This document shows positions 18,386 to 30,805 of a stretch of 64,000 bases of DNA, piece after piece. Position 1 is the stretch's first letter, and each line of letters opens with the position of its first letter. The notes under the pieces are model-generated. The model ran no database searches. It was given only the letters and a program-made list of their open reading frames with translations, and had not been told where the DNA came from. The stretch lies in the IMG/VR virus record IMGVR_UViG_3300028610_002494, positions 47,838-111,837 of that record; one strand, written 5' to 3'. The stretch comes from a virus. A program made the translations under genes and the position numbers.

Positions 18386-19576
18386 ATGCAGGCTAAATTA
18401 AAAAGAATGGAATCTTTAATTTCACCATTACAATATGAAATACTGGAATGTTTATCTACTGGATCTAAAATAAGAGAAGATCTGGTAAAAGAACTAAATA
18501 CATCAAGAACTACTGTGTATGATAATCTTGAAAAACTTGAAAATAAAGGTATTATATTTAAAAGTTCTATATCAAATGGTTGTTGTGGAAGACCGCCAGT
18601 TCATTGGCAAATCAAACAAGCTCATGATTTGGTATTATTTAATGTTATAACTAAAAAAATTGGTGTTATAGGTTCAGGAGAATATAAAAAGAAAAAAATT
18701 GTTATTAGAAAACTTGAACAACTAATAGATAAACAAAGAGATATAATTGTTTCAGGACATAGTCCAAGAAATCCAATCTTTAAAGATGGTATATTAATAC
18801 GTTATAATAACGCTGATATATGGTCAGAAGATTGGGCATATGTATGGTGTCAAAATCCACCAATCATTCATCCAACTAAAGAATTTACAAGGGATGGATT
18901 TTTTGCAAGAAATAAATTAATTGCATTAGATTCAGAAGAATTAATTGTATTTATAAATAAACACCAATATCAATCTGGAGCTTGGAACACTGTAAAATAC
19001 TTTTTAGAAAAACCAGATTTTGACTATAATAACTTAACTATTTATGATGAATTTGGTAAAGAATTTGGAATACATGATTTACCAGAATGGTGCCAAAATA
19101 AAATAAAAATACCTGAACAAGAAACTCAATTATATAAATATTTATCTCAAATACGTTATTTAAAATCATTAGAAAAAGAAAAGAAAAAACAGAAAAAATC
19201 TTTAAATCCACAAAAAAAAGAAAAAGACTTAAAATCAACAAAATCTCTTAATAAAATAAATTCTTATATTTTAAATAATAGAAATTCAAAAATAACTAAA
19301 TTTGCTTTAGAAGAAATAGATAAATATACTTATTTTAGAACAACAACAATAAGTAAAATTTATATTAAGAAAATCTTGAAAATCAATAATATAAATGGAA
19401 CACTTAAGAGAAGTGTATCTAATAAAATTGGTCAAATTGTTGGAGAACTTAGAAAATTAGGAATTATTATAATGCATTCAAAAAGTACATGGAAAAATCT
19501 ACATAAAGATCAATTACATGTTGTTCTTAGTGAAAAAATGAAGAAAAATTATAATAAAACAATTAAAAAAGGCTAA
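18386..19576 (+). CDS. wHTH + SLOG (YspA/DprA-like) fusion protein
   Basis: N-terminal ELNTSRTTVYDNLEKLENKG...GRPPVHW; SLOG IGVIGS...IVSGH...ARNKLIA...SGAWNTV. Confidence 0.7.
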   Translation: MQAKLKRMESLISPLQYEILECLSTGSKIREDLVKELNTSRTTVYDNLEKLENKGIIFKSSISNGCCGRPPVHWQIKQAHDLVLFNVITKKIGVIGSGEYKKKKIVIRKLEQLIDKQRDIIVSGHSPRNPIFKDGILIRYNNADIWSEDWAYVWCQNPPIIHPTKEFTRDGFFARNKLIALDSEELIVFINKHQYQSGAWNTVKYFLEKPDFDYNNLTIYDEFGKEFGIHDLPEWCQNKIKIPEQETQLYKYLSQIRYLKSLEKEKKKQKKSLNPQKKEKDLKSTKSLNKINSYILNNRNSKITKFALEEIDKYTYFRTTTISKIYIKKILKINNINGTLKRSVSNKIGQIVGELRKLGIIIMHSKSTWKNLHKDQLHVVLSEKMKKNYNKTIKKG

Positions 19577-19579
19577 TTA

Positions 19580-20233
19580 ATGTCTAAAAAGAAAAAAGTA
19601 AGAGTTAGAAAAGAAAAAATTGCACTTACAGAAGAACAAGTTAAAGATTATCTTAAAACTATAAAAGAAGAAGATAAAAAACATAGTCATAGGAATTATT
19701 TGATGGCATTAACTTGGTTCAGCACAGGATTAAGAGTTGGAGAAATGTGTAATTTTATAGTTGGTTGGATTGAAAAAAGTAATGATAATTATATACACGT
19801 GAAACAAAATGAAGCACCATTTGTATTCGCACCAAAATATGGATCTACAAGAAGAATAGCTGTCCAAAAGGATTTAATTAAAGAACTGAGAAAATATTTA
19901 GCTGGAAGAACTAAAGGATATGTATTTAAACCACAATCTAACAATCAAACAAATCCTTATGCTAAATTTCATGACAAATCTCCAAATCCAATATTTAATA
20001 AATATTTCAGAGAAACAAAATCAATTGGAAGAAACCTTGGCACACATACATTTAGAAGAACTTTTGCTACTCAATTAGCATATAGTAAACCACCAGTTCC
20101 ATTGCCTAAAATTAGTTATTATCTTGGTCATAGAGACATACAAACAACATTAAATTATCTAAAGCAGATCACGAACGATGACCATACTGAACTCTTGAAT
20201 GTAGATTATATTAAAGATATATATAAATATTGA
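19580..20233 (+). CDS. Tyrosine recombinase/integrase (catalytic domain only)
   Basis: TGLRVGE; PKYG; HTFRRTFAT; LGHRDIQTTLNY. Confidence 0.92.
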   Translation: MSKKKKVRVRKEKIALTEEQVKDYLKTIKEEDKKHSHRNYLMALTWFSTGLRVGEMCNFIVGWIEKSNDNYIHVKQNEAPFVFAPKYGSTRRIAVQKDLIKELRKYLAGRTKGYVFKPQSNNQTNPYAKFHDKSPNPIFNKYFRETKSIGRNLGTHTFRRTFATQLAYSKPPVPLPKISYYLGHRDIQTTLNYLKQITNDDHTELLNVDYIKDIYKY

Positions 20234-20234
20234 G

Positions 20235-20780
20235 ATGATTAAAAAAATGGCAAAAACAGATTTTGATGAATTAGCTGTTGAAAGTTATAATGGAAAACAT
20301 TATGATCGATCTAAATCAAATAAATACAAGAAAAATATTCCAGAGACGAATAGTATATATACTAAAGAATGTATTAAATGTAAAAAAGTTTTACCTGCTA
20401 CAGCAGATAATTTTTATAGAGATCGTTATAGATATGATGGATTTATGCCTAAATGTAAAGAATGTAAAAAAAGAGAATATCACGAAAAAAAAGCTAAACA
20501 AAAAAGTAAAATTATTTCATTTCGAGTACAAAAAGATGTCTATAATAACAATAAAAAAGAAATTAGAAAGAAGATTAATGAACTTCTTAAATCAGAATTC
20601 GAAAATAATGTTGACGAAAAAATAGTTGAATTAGAAAAGGAATTAAACAAACTCAAATCAGATAATTTAGATAATGAAGATGGTATTTATGAATGGGTTA
20701 AAACACTTACAAAAGATAAGAGAAATTTATTAGACCAAACAAAAATTAGTGAGAAAATTAAAGAAGAATTATTTAAATAA
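20235..20780 (+). CDS. Zn-finger DNA-binding protein
   Basis: KECIKCKKVLP...FYRD...DGFMPKCKEC, then an IISFRV strand (RHH-like) and a coiled coil. Confidence 0.6.
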   Translation: MIKKMAKTDFDELAVESYNGKHYDRSKSNKYKKNIPETNSIYTKECIKCKKVLPATADNFYRDRYRYDGFMPKCKECKKREYHEKKAKQKSKIISFRVQKDVYNNNKKEIRKKINELLKSEFENNVDEKIVELEKELNKLKSDNLDNEDGIYEWVKTLTKDKRNLLDQTKISEKIKEELFK

Positions 20781-20801
20781 AATAAATGAGTTGATTAAAA
20801 G

Positions 20802-21371
20802 TTGACTAAAATACTTAAAATTAATACAAAAGAGATACATATTTTTGATATTGATGGTTGTATATTTCCTGCTAAAAATAATAATGGAAAACAAATCATA
20901 CCAAATGAATATGGATTTAAAGAGATCCCAGCTGAAATAATACTTGATAACATGAAATCCATAAAATTATTTCCAAAATTTGTTGATTTTTATAAACTAA
21001 TTACTAAAAGTAAACCTATTGAAATTTATTTTATAACAGGAAGAAAGAAAAAAGATTATCTGAATATAACATTAAAACAATTATCTATTCTGAAAATAAA
21101 AAAGAACAAGGATTCTTTAATATTTTTTCCTGATGAAAAAATTCTAACAAGAAGATCTTATTATGAATTTAAACTTTATAATACTTTAAAAATAATTATT
21201 AAAGATAATTCATCTTCTAAAATAAACATTTATGATGATAAATACTCATACTTCTCTGTCTTAAAAAATAGGTTAAATGATATAGAAATTAATAGTATAA
21301 ATTATAATAAAATAAACCAACCTGAGTATTTTTGGAACTTGAAATATAATGAATACAAGAACTTTAGTTAA
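20802..21371 (+). CDS. HAD-superfamily phosphatase
   Basis: IFDIDGCI; FITGR; K; IYDD. Confidence 0.75.
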   Translation: MTKILKINTKEIHIFDIDGCIFPAKNNNGKQIIPNEYGFKEIPAEIILDNMKSIKLFPKFVDFYKLITKSKPIEIYFITGRKKKDYLNITLKQLSILKIKKNKDSLIFFPDEKILTRRSYYEFKLYNTLKIIIKDNSSSKINIYDDKYSYFSVLKNRLNDIEINSINYNKINQPEYFWNLKYNEYKNFS

Positions 21372-21407
21372 TATATATAATAATAACAACAAAAAGAGGA
21401 ATTAAAA

Positions 21408-22169
21408 ATGGTTAGTAAAAAAGAATTAAAGAAAATGAAAAAAACTAAGATGGTATGGCAAGATTTGGATGAATTGGCTATTAAATTCTTAAAAACAACA
21501 AATCTAAAAGACACTGATAAATTAAAAATGATATTTATTAAATTTCCGAGACCAATTATGATATCTAACATCTTTATTAGTGATAATTATTATAAGAGAA
21601 TCCAAATTAAAGAAGCAACACTATTCTCTGATGAAAAAGCACCACCAAATTGTTTTACTATGCCAAAAATCTTTAATACACATATTTTAAAATATTTTCC
21701 TAATAAAAATCAAGCAATAATAATTGTAAAAAGAAGGAAAACAACAAAAATATCATCAACAAATATAAAATTTAAGATAAGTTTGGTATCGTTTGAGAAC
21801 TTGAATTTTATAAGATATCAATTTATTCTAAAACCAAGTTATCCTTTTGATTATCTCTTAAGATTTATTGGTTATAACATAGAAAGTCCAAGTGAAGGAA
21901 TATTCAGATTTAAGTTTCTTTTAGAAATGGAAAATATTGGAAAGTTAAATTTTATTGGTGCTTGTAATGTTTTATCAGATAACCAAAAAGAAATAGAAAT
22001 TTTATTGGAAAATAAAACCAAGAAATTAGAAGACAGATTTTTTGAAAAGATAATATTTAGATCTTTTCTCAAGTGTAAAGAATTTTTACAGGTTGAAGGA
22101 TTACCATTTCCAGATCCTGAACTATTAATGAAACAAATGAAAGTTAAATATCAACAAGGGATTGATTAA
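21408..22169 (+). CDS. Hypothetical protein
   Basis: 253-aa ORF with GAGG SD. Confidence 0.6.
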   Translation: MVSKKELKKMKKTKMVWQDLDELAIKFLKTTNLKDTDKLKMIFIKFPRPIMISNIFISDNYYKRIQIKEATLFSDEKAPPNCFTMPKIFNTHILKYFPNKNQAIIIVKRRKTTKISSTNIKFKISLVSFENLNFIRYQFILKPSYPFDYLLRFIGYNIESPSEGIFRFKFLLEMENIGKLNFIGACNVLSDNQKEIEILLENKTKKLEDRFFEKIIFRSFLKCKEFLQVEGLPFPDPELLMKQMKVKYQQGID

Positions 22170-22372
22170 AAATGAGTAAAAAAAGAATAGGAATAAGGAT
22201 ATTTAGTGAAGGTGTAGAACTAAATTTAACTCCTGAAGAAAAAACAAATTCAGAAAAAGATATGTGGAATCAATACACCAAATGTCCTTTTTGTAAAAAA
22301 GAAATGAGAATAATAAAATGGATTGAAGAATTAAGTATGATTAAATTTTAAAATATAAACAAGGTTTATAAT

Positions 22373-22891
22373 ATGCCAACTATTGGACACTTAATAATAG
22401 GAATAATAATACCTATTTTAATATATTTTGCTTTAAATAAGAAATATTCAGTTGAAGTTGGTTTGTACTTTTTAGCTGGAAGTATTTTACCAGATATTTA
22501 CACAATCATCAAAATGTTTATTTTTACAGACATTAGAAAATATGTGTCTTGGAACATAACACATGGAATTGTGGCTTGGATCGTATGGGGATTTATATTC
22601 ACCATTATCATTTTTATCTCATTTAGAAAAATTTCCAAATTGAAATTTACTCAAATATATATCATATTATTATTAGCTGGATGGTTGCATCTAACTATTG
22701 ATATGATGACACAACCTGTTAGAATAATAGGAAATGTTCATTTATCATTTTCAGATTTTTTTACAACAGAAACAATATTATGTGAACAGGATTTTATAAT
22801 AGTTTTTTATATTATTTTAATAATCCCAATAATATTATTAACAAGATACATAAAAGAAATAAAAAAAGGTGAAATAAAAACATGGGATTAA
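22373..22891 (+). CDS. Membrane metal-dependent hydrolase (YdjM-like)
   Basis: GHL...GSILPDI...ITHG...LHLTID with several TM segments. Confidence 0.7.
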   Translation: MPTIGHLIIGIIIPILIYFALNKKYSVEVGLYFLAGSILPDIYTIIKMFIFTDIRKYVSWNITHGIVAWIVWGFIFTIIIFISFRKISKLKFTQIYIILLLAGWLHLTIDMMTQPVRIIGNVHLSFSDFFTTETILCEQDFIIVFYIILIIPIILLTRYIKEIKKGEIKTWD

Positions 22892-24287
22892 AAAATTGGT
22901 TAAAAAATAATAAAAAATGGATACTTCTCGTAATATACATCATAATAATAACATATATTGCATTATTTGTTGATTTTGTTATTTTTGTTATTATTGCTGG
23001 TATTGTAATAACATGTAGTATAATTGTTTATATAAGATTTGAATATCAAACAAGAAAAAAAGAAAAAGATCTTGAAGATTTTTTAAATAAGGTTTATAAA
23101 AATGAGTGATAAAAGAAAAAGAATGGAAACAAAGTATTGTGTAGAACATACACAACATTACTCTATTGAATTTCCATGTGTTCTTTGTAAAATTAAAAAA
23201 TTAGAAGAACAAAACTCAAAAATTATACAAACATTTAAGAAAATCATTGGTTTTCATATTGGTATAAATGCACCACTTGGAATGAAACAATTGATTATTT
23301 TTCTAAAAGAAATACTAAATGAATTACAGGAATTAGAATAAAATTATAAAAAAGAGATGAAATAAAAAATGTTAGAAAAGGTTATATTTGATTTAAAAAC
23401 TGAAAAACTAAAAGATAAATATAAAGATCATAACTCAATGATGTATGATCTTAATTTTGGAGAAATAGAAAAAATAAAGGAAAAAGCAAATTGTATTACA
23501 TCTGTTGGTATTTATTCCGCAGCTATTTTTTTTACAATATTCACTTCTAATTTAGGATTTTTAATAACCATACCAACAATTATTCTTGTATCACTTTTCT
23601 TTTTGTTATATAAAGCTATAATAGATGATATCATTGTTCAAGATAAACTTAAAGAAATTTATAGAACTGGTGTTTATATTTATGGACACATTGAACATTC
23701 ATCATCCTTAAATGAAATTATCGAAGATGTTATTTTTGAACCTGAATCCATTGATTCTTATGTAAAAGAAAAATTAGAAGAATTTAAACAATTAACAGAA
23801 AAAGAAAAACAAATAAAAAGGGATTTTGCTGCATCAATTAGGAACAATATAGTTTTAGAGAAACAAAAATGTTTTAAATGCCAAACAGAAATATATTATA
23901 CTGAGTTTTATAGTAATAATATTTCCAAGATACCAATACAACAATTGGAAAAAATATGGAATTCTCCTTATATTCGGCTATATTGTTGTAGATGTTTTAA
24001 TAAAAAACAATTAGGTTATTATTTAAAAAAATTAAAAATTTAAAAAAATTAAAGAGGTGATAATAATTGGAATCATTAGAAAGAATGATACATAAACAAA
24101 ATATGGAAGATAAATATAGTGAATATTTATTAGAATTAGATACTTATGTTAGAGGAATTTGCAGATTAGAAGAAAACACAGAATATTTAGAAAAACTAAT
24201 TAATAAATGCAGAAAGAAACGTAAGAAATTAAAATACAAAATAATTAAAAAAATAAGTAAAAAAATTATATAAACAAGGTTTATAAA

Positions 24288-24701
24288 ATGAAAGAACAAT
24301 TAGATGGATTGACTGTATATAAAAACGCAGGTAATGGATATGATTATATAAAAATTAGTGAAGGATATCATATTCCTCTACATGATTATATAATACAGAA
24401 AAAAATTGGTAGAGAACTAAAACAAACAGAAGTTGTTCATCATATTGATCGTAATACCAAAAACAATAATTTAGATAATTTATTTTTATGTGATACTCGA
24501 ACAAAACACTCAAAAATACACACCAGCTTAAGGAGATTGTTTCTAAATAAAATATTTAAAGTATTATTTGATAATAATATACTTTATTTTGATTGTAAAC
24601 ACGGAAAATACAAAATAAATGATATAAAATTACTTGAATTAAAAAATATATTAGATAAAAATGAAGAATTAAAAAATATTACCTTTATTCATGAAAGGTA
24701 A
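24288..24701 (+). CDS. HNH endonuclease
   Basis: LHDYII...EVVHHIDRNTKNNNLDNLFLC...HSKIH. Confidence 0.85.
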   Translation: MKEQLDGLTVYKNAGNGYDYIKISEGYHIPLHDYIIQKKIGRELKQTEVVHHIDRNTKNNNLDNLFLCDTRTKHSKIHTSLRRLFLNKIFKVLFDNNILYFDCKHGKYKINDIKLLELKNILDKNEELKNITFIHER

Positions 24702-25594
24702 TATTATTTAAAATTAAAAAGAGGTAAAATATATTAGAATAAGGATTGGAGTTGTTTTAAAAATTATAAATCGTAATATTTTATTTAAAAAATAAAAAAT
24801 AAAAAATAGAGATTAAAAATGGGATTAATAATTGAGATAATTGATGTTATTCTTACTTTATTAGCAGTAATAAGTCCTTATATAATAATGTATATAATTA
24901 AACGCAGAAAGAAGTGTTATAACTGTGGAAGTAATTTATTTACGTGGAGTAAATATGAGTATATTGAGTATGATGATTTTAATTTATATAATAAATGGAA
25001 ATGTATTAGGGTTGGTTGTAATCAATCTATTATTACTATGGAAATTAAGAAATATATCCTTATTTCTGAGCAGATTCCATCAAAACGTTATAACCTTAAA
25101 CAACGTATAAAAATACGGATTAGAGTATGGTATATTAGAAAGAAAGGAAAATCTCATAAGATATACTCGTTTGAACCGCAAATATAATAGAAAAAGAAAA
25201 AGTGAAAAAGATGATAAATAAATAAATGACAAGTTTTTTAAGTTATATTATAAAACCAATTCCTAAAGAAGCTAAAACTTTTTGCGATTATCCAAAATGT
25301 AAAAATAGAGGTTGGTGGAACATTCAAAATGGTAATGCAATTTACTGTGATAAACATTTATGTAAATGGATAAAAGATAATGAAGGAAATTATTTAATCG
25401 TAAATAGATCGTTAAAAACATTATTAAAGGAGATAAAAAAATGAGTTGGGAAATAAAAATAGATTGGGATGAATGCCCATATCTTAGATGTTATCCAGAT
25501 GATTTATTTGTATGTACACATTTAGAAAAACAAAAACGTCATCGTTTATGTGAAGAGAAAAATTGTCCAATAAAAATTAAAAAAGGTTAAAATT

Positions 25595-25768
25595 ATGACC
25601 AAAAATAAAAAAGTAATTATCTGGTGTGGTGGTGAATATACCTTAAAAGAAGGAGAAACTATTGACAGTGTTATGAAGGATTACAATGAAGAAGTTTTTG
25701 ATTTAGAACTTGATTACACAAAAATTACTGATTTGGAAGGAAATACCCTAAAAGAAGAAAAAATATAA
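25595..25768 (+). CDS. 57-aa protein paralogous to 39906-40082 (absent from ORF track)
   Basis: KVIIWCGGEYTLKEGETIDSV...KITDLEGNTLKE vs EVIIWEGFKWTMEEGETVDDV...KITDLNGIVLKE. Confidence 0.7.
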   Translation: MTKNKKVIIWCGGEYTLKEGETIDSVMKDYNEEVFDLELDYTKITDLEGNTLKEEKI

Positions 25769-25975
25769 ACAAAGTTTATAAAAATTAAAATTAAAGAGGT
25801 GAAAAAATGGAGAATGGAGATTTGAAGATACAATATAAAGTAGAACAGAGTATAGATTCTGTATTAGATAAAAAAATAGAAATTTTATTAAGATCTCTTG
25901 GATATAAATGGACAGGCAGTGGTATTTCTGTTCATGAAAACATAAGAGATATACAATTCATTAAAGAAAATTAAA

Positions 25976-26016
25976 TTTTTTTGTAAGTGTGCCAGACTTC
26001 CTGAGCACCAAAAAAA
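25976..26016 (+). repeat. Bulged-hairpin intergenic element, copy 1
   Basis: TTTTTTTG-TAAGT-GTGC-CAG-ACTTC-CTG-A-GCAC-CAAAAAAA. Confidence 0.9.
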
Positions 26017-26269
26017 TAAAACTAAAAGAGGTTAAAAAGATGAACTTAAAAAGAGAAATAATCTGTGAATATCTTATAATGTTTGGATGTATTATTATAA
26101 TCGGACTATATATAGGTGGACTCATAACAACAGCTGATTTCTATGTTTCAAATTTCTTAGATTCAACAATAATTATGATTCTTACAATTATAATTTTTAT
26201 GTTGGTATTTGAAAGACATTCACATAGTCTTAAATTATTAGCAGAAAAAGAAATAAAATAATAATTATT

Positions 26270-26310
26270 TTTTTTTGTAAGTGTGCTGGATTTCCCAAGC
26301 ACCAAAAAAA
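26270..26310 (+). repeat. Bulged-hairpin element, copy 2
   Basis: TTTTTTTG-TAAGT-GTGC-TGG-ATTTC-CCA-A-GCAC-CAAAAAAA. Confidence 0.9.
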
Positions 26311-26640
26311 TTAAATTAAAAGAGGTTTAAAATGACTGAATGTGAAAAAAGACTTGAAATCGTGAAAAAATGTTTTACTTATATTATATTACTTGTTTGT
26401 AGTGCTTTCCTTCTAACAGGAACTATATTATTTATCATACAATGGTATTACTATATTCCAAGTGATGCTATAACAGATATAATGATTATGATAGTTATTA
26501 CATGTGTTATTTATACAATGATTCCAACCATATGTTGGGTGATTTGGTATGTAAATGTATATTCCAAAATGTATATTCCTGTTAAAAAAAGCAAATATAC
26601 AGAAATGAAAAAGAAAATAAAAGAAATTGAAAAATAATAT

Positions 26641-26686
26641 ATTTTTTTTGTAAGTGTGTTTAGGTTTCCTGAGCACCAATAAAAAT
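26641..26686 (+). repeat. Bulged-hairpin element, copy 3
   Basis: TTTTTTTTG-TAAGT-GTGT-TTAG-GTTTC-CTGA-GCAC-CAATAAAAAT. Confidence 0.9.
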
Positions 26687-27321
26687 AAAGAAAAGAGTTG
26701 ATAATAAAATATGGGAAAATTACTGGAAAGATTTATTGATTTCTTTCATTATACACCAATTAAAGACGGTATTAGACAATCCTCTAAAAATATAGAAAGG
26801 AATGAATTAAATATAGAATACACAAATAAAGAAATAAAATCAACTGAACGACAATTATTTTACTTAAACAGTCTGAAAAACCACTTACTGGCAGAAATTG
26901 ATAAACTAAATGAGTGGAAAAAAGTTCTTAGTGATAAATTAGAAGACGAAAATAAAGAAAGAATAGTAGAAAAAAGTTTATTGTAAAAAAATTATATCCT
27001 GAATACAAAAAATATAAACAAGGTTTATAAAAATGAGTAAAAAAGAAAATAGATTTATAAAAATGAGTAAAAAAGAAAATAAAAAAGAAAAAAAAGAAAG
27101 ATTTTTTTTTAATTTAGAAAATTTAGAAATAGGAGATAATATATCAATGGAACCACTTAAAGTTGGAAGAATTTCTATTCCTATTCCAGAAGAAAATTTA
27201 GAACCACATTTTACTGAATTCGATAAAATTAAGGATGATTTTATTGATGATTTTTTATGGAAAAATTTAACAAATTCAAATAATAAAAAGGAAAAATAAA
27301 TATAAACAAGGTTTATAAAAA

Positions 27322-27636
27322 ATGATATTTTTAGGGTTTATTTTAATGATACTTCAAATTTTGGATATTATTACAACAAATATAGGACTAAAAAATGGAT
27401 GTAGAGAAAGAAATCCACTTATGAGAAAAATATATAAAACAAAAGTTCCACTTGGGATGATAATAATATTACAATTAAGTATGAGTATTTTACTTATTTG
27501 GGTTTTATCACTTAATTTTATAATAATAGCTTGGATTGTTTTTGGTCTTAATATTTTTCTGGTTGTTATAGTATCGTTAAATTTAATAAGTATTTATATT
27601 CAAAAAAAATATAATAAAAATGAGTGGTTGAAATGA
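27322..27636 (+). CDS. DUF5658-like membrane protein
   Basis: LDIITTNIGLKNGCRERNPLM plus TM segments. Confidence 0.65.
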   Translation: MIFLGFILMILQILDIITTNIGLKNGCRERNPLMRKIYKTKVPLGMIIILQLSMSILLIWVLSLNFIIIAWIVFGLNIFLVVIVSLNLISIYIQKKYNKNEWLK

Positions 27637-30368
27637 GTTGGCAGGAATTTAATGATATATTATTTGAGAAATTAAAAATCGAGAATCTTAAACCTGAATG
27701 GGTTGAGAATGGTTGTATAAAAATAAAAGACAAATATATATCTGTGATTATTAGAGTGTTAGAAGGTTATTTTGACAAGAAAGTAAATGGATTAATGATT
27801 GTTTGGGGATATGATAAAACATATAGGGAAATTGAACTTATAAATTTTACAATAGATGAATTAATAGAAAAAATAAAATTAATGATATTATGGTGAATGA
27901 TTATAAAAATGGATGGAAATTAAAAATGAATGATTTGATTTTTGTTGGATTAGTATTTGGTCTTGTTGGTTGGTTATTACATTTTATATTTATTATGACA
28001 GCTATGTTTAGCAAGATAAAATGGTTTATTTGGGTTGATTATAATAAATATCATGAAGGATACTTGGAAGTCATTTTAATCTCAATGGTTATAGGACTTT
28101 ATATAATAATTATAATTTTAGAATTTTAAGAGGATAATAATGAAATTAAACAAAACAGATTTTAACACATTGGATAAACTACTGAACAAAATAGGATTTG
28201 GTTCTTATTATGATCTGATTCAAATGCTAAAAGATACAGCATATAATATTCAACCAAAACTACAAGATAAATTAGAAAAAGAAACAGATTTATTAAAAAT
28301 AGTTAATTTGATTAGTAGATTATCACGTATTCTAAATAAAGAAAATAAAAAAAGTTATTTAACATGTTGTTGTGGTGGAATAGATTTTAAATTATTGAGA
28401 GAAATGTTAGTTTTAGATGACATAACTTCAGTGTGGAAATGCTTAAAATGTGGAAAAATAATAGAGGTTTAAAATGTTGGAAGAATTGCTTAAACGTATA
28501 AATAAATTACGTACTGAGTTATTTTTAGATGTTGACTTAAAAAGATATGAATATTCGAACGATGAACAAAGAGCAGAATTAAGAGAAAAATATAGATTAT
28601 TAAAGGACACAAATTGTTCACGTTGTGGTAAGAATTCAAGATTATTGAAAGTATTCTATGAACATTATAAAAAATACAAATTATTTATGTTTATTTATTA
28701 TAATATACCAAGAGAAATTGATATAAATCGTCTTAGATTATTGAGAGAATGTTAAAATGAGTAAAAAAGAAAATAAAAAGAAAGAACTAAAAAAATATTT
28801 TGATAAATGGAAAAATGAAGTAATAAATAATCCAAATTATGATGAACCAACCAAAAAATTTCTGCTCAGTTGTAAAAAAGATCTATATAGTTTGAATAAA
28901 AAAGCACTTAAAAATGGAATAACAATAGAAGAAATTGAAAAAATTGAAAGATATGCAAGTTATTTTTATTCTAAAACTTATGACAATTATCTTATAAGAG
29001 AATATAATGGTTTTGTTGCAGCAGGTATTTTTAAAATTCCTGCAGATCATAAAACTAAAGAAGTTAATCCAATTTTTATTTATGCTTGTGGTCATAATAA
29101 AGAATGGGATGATATTGAAGAACAAATTAATGTAGAACTAACTTTAGGAGAAGCAGAAGATTTAGTTAAATGTATTAATATATGTATAAAAATATTTAAA
29201 GAAAAAGAAAAAAATAAAAATGAGTAAAAAAGAACAACATATAGGAATTACTGAAGAAGATATAGAATTCTACAAGAAGTATCATCAATCTCGTATTGAT
29301 TCTGAAAAAAATGAAGAAAATATAATAGATGGAGAAGAATGTCCATATTGTAATGAACCAATAGATCCAATAGATATTATGGGAGACTCAGATTGGGATG
29401 ACCAACAATATAATTGGTATGAAGCTGAATGTGGTAAATGTGGCAAACAATACAAGATTAGACAATATGATGTAGAAACAATAAGAAGTTTTGAAACTAA
29501 AAAAGATGATTAAAAATGATTCATAAACCACAATCAATCAAAGAAATATTAGGAAGAATAGAAGTCATGGCTAAATTATATGAAGCTTGGAATGTTCTAA
29601 CTCTATTATATATTAAAACATTAAAAATTGGTAAAGATGATTGGGGAATGGACAGAAATAGAGAAATGTTAATATTTAGAGCTAAAGAATTCATACCAAA
29701 AATAAGAAATTTAATAGAACAAGTCATAGAATTATTTAAAAAAGATATAAAAGAAATGGTATAAAAATGAGAAAACTAAAAACAATACAAGAACCTGAAA
29801 AGAAATGTTATTATTGTTATTTCTTTCCATTTGATCAAGAATTTTCAACTGAAATGATTAAACGATGTGCAGAAAATTGGCTAAAAGCTGAAGACTGTCC
29901 TAATTGGAAACCATATAATGTATATTCATATATGAAAAACCGAAGGAAATTCAAAAAAGTTAAAATGATAAAAGGTTGAAAATATGATTGAAATTATAGA
30001 TAAAATTAATTATACCTGTAAAACAGTTGAAGATGATATTGATATGGTTATACATCCATTAAATAAAGAAACCACCTTTCTAAAAGATGTTGAATTAGAA
30101 GGACACCAAATTATAGGTGTAATATTTAAATAAAAATAAAAAAAGAGGTTAAAAAATATGAACCTAAAAAATTGGTTGAAGAAACACTACAAATCCTTAA
30201 TATGTTTGATAATTAATAGTGTTATACTATTAATTACTATAATATTAGCAAATCTTGTTTTTGCATATATTGTATTTGGAATATTTCTAATTATTACTAT
30301 ATATTTTTTGATTAGTGTTATAATCCTTGAATACCAAATAAAAAAATCAAATAAGGAAATTGTTGAAA

Positions 30369-30620
30369 ATGAGTAAAAAAGAAACAATTAACCATCCAAA
30401 ACATTATAACATAGGAATATTTGAAGTTATAGATATTATTGAAGACTGGGATCTTGGATTCCACCTTGGAAATGCTGTAAAATACATTGCCAGAGCTAAA
30501 CATAAAGATAATGAAGAAGAAGATATAAAGAAAGCTATATGGTATTTGAAAAGATACTTAAAAAGAGAAAAATATAAAAAAATAAGAAAACTAATTAAAG
30601 AGGATTTAGATAATGTCTAA
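30369..30620 (+). CDS. DUF3310 family protein (T7 gp1.7 nucleotide kinase-related)
   Basis: INHPKHYN...EVIDII...GFHLGNAVKYIARAKHK...EDIKKAIWYL. Confidence 0.85.
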   Translation: MSKKETINHPKHYNIGIFEVIDIIEDWDLGFHLGNAVKYIARAKHKDNEEEDIKKAIWYLKRYLKREKYKKIRKLIKEDLDNV

Positions 30621-30805
30621 AAAAGAAATACAAAATTTATCAAATCAAATTGACAAGCTTTCACCAATGGAATTTTCTAAGTTATGCCTAAAGGTTATTA
30701 AAAAAATAATGAGAAGGCAAAATAGTGAAACAATTGAAAATTCAACTGAAAAAAATGATAAAAGGGTTTTAATTGACCTAATGATTAAAAATGATATAAA
30801 AATAG

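Larger units (their letters stand above)
22354..27317. promoter_or_regulatory. Five single TATAAAC-N3-GTTTATA dyads (22354, 24269, 25764, 27013, 27301)
   Basis: Exact arms, spacer AAG or AAA, all at gene junctions; four lie 2-4 nt before an ATG. Confidence 0.8.

Noticed and set aside
25983-25988. GTAAGT in the hairpin equals the spliceosomal 5' splice-site consensus
   Set aside because: It is intergenic, there is no branch point/3' site or split gene to rejoin, and copy 5 reads GTTAGT. Treated as coincidence.
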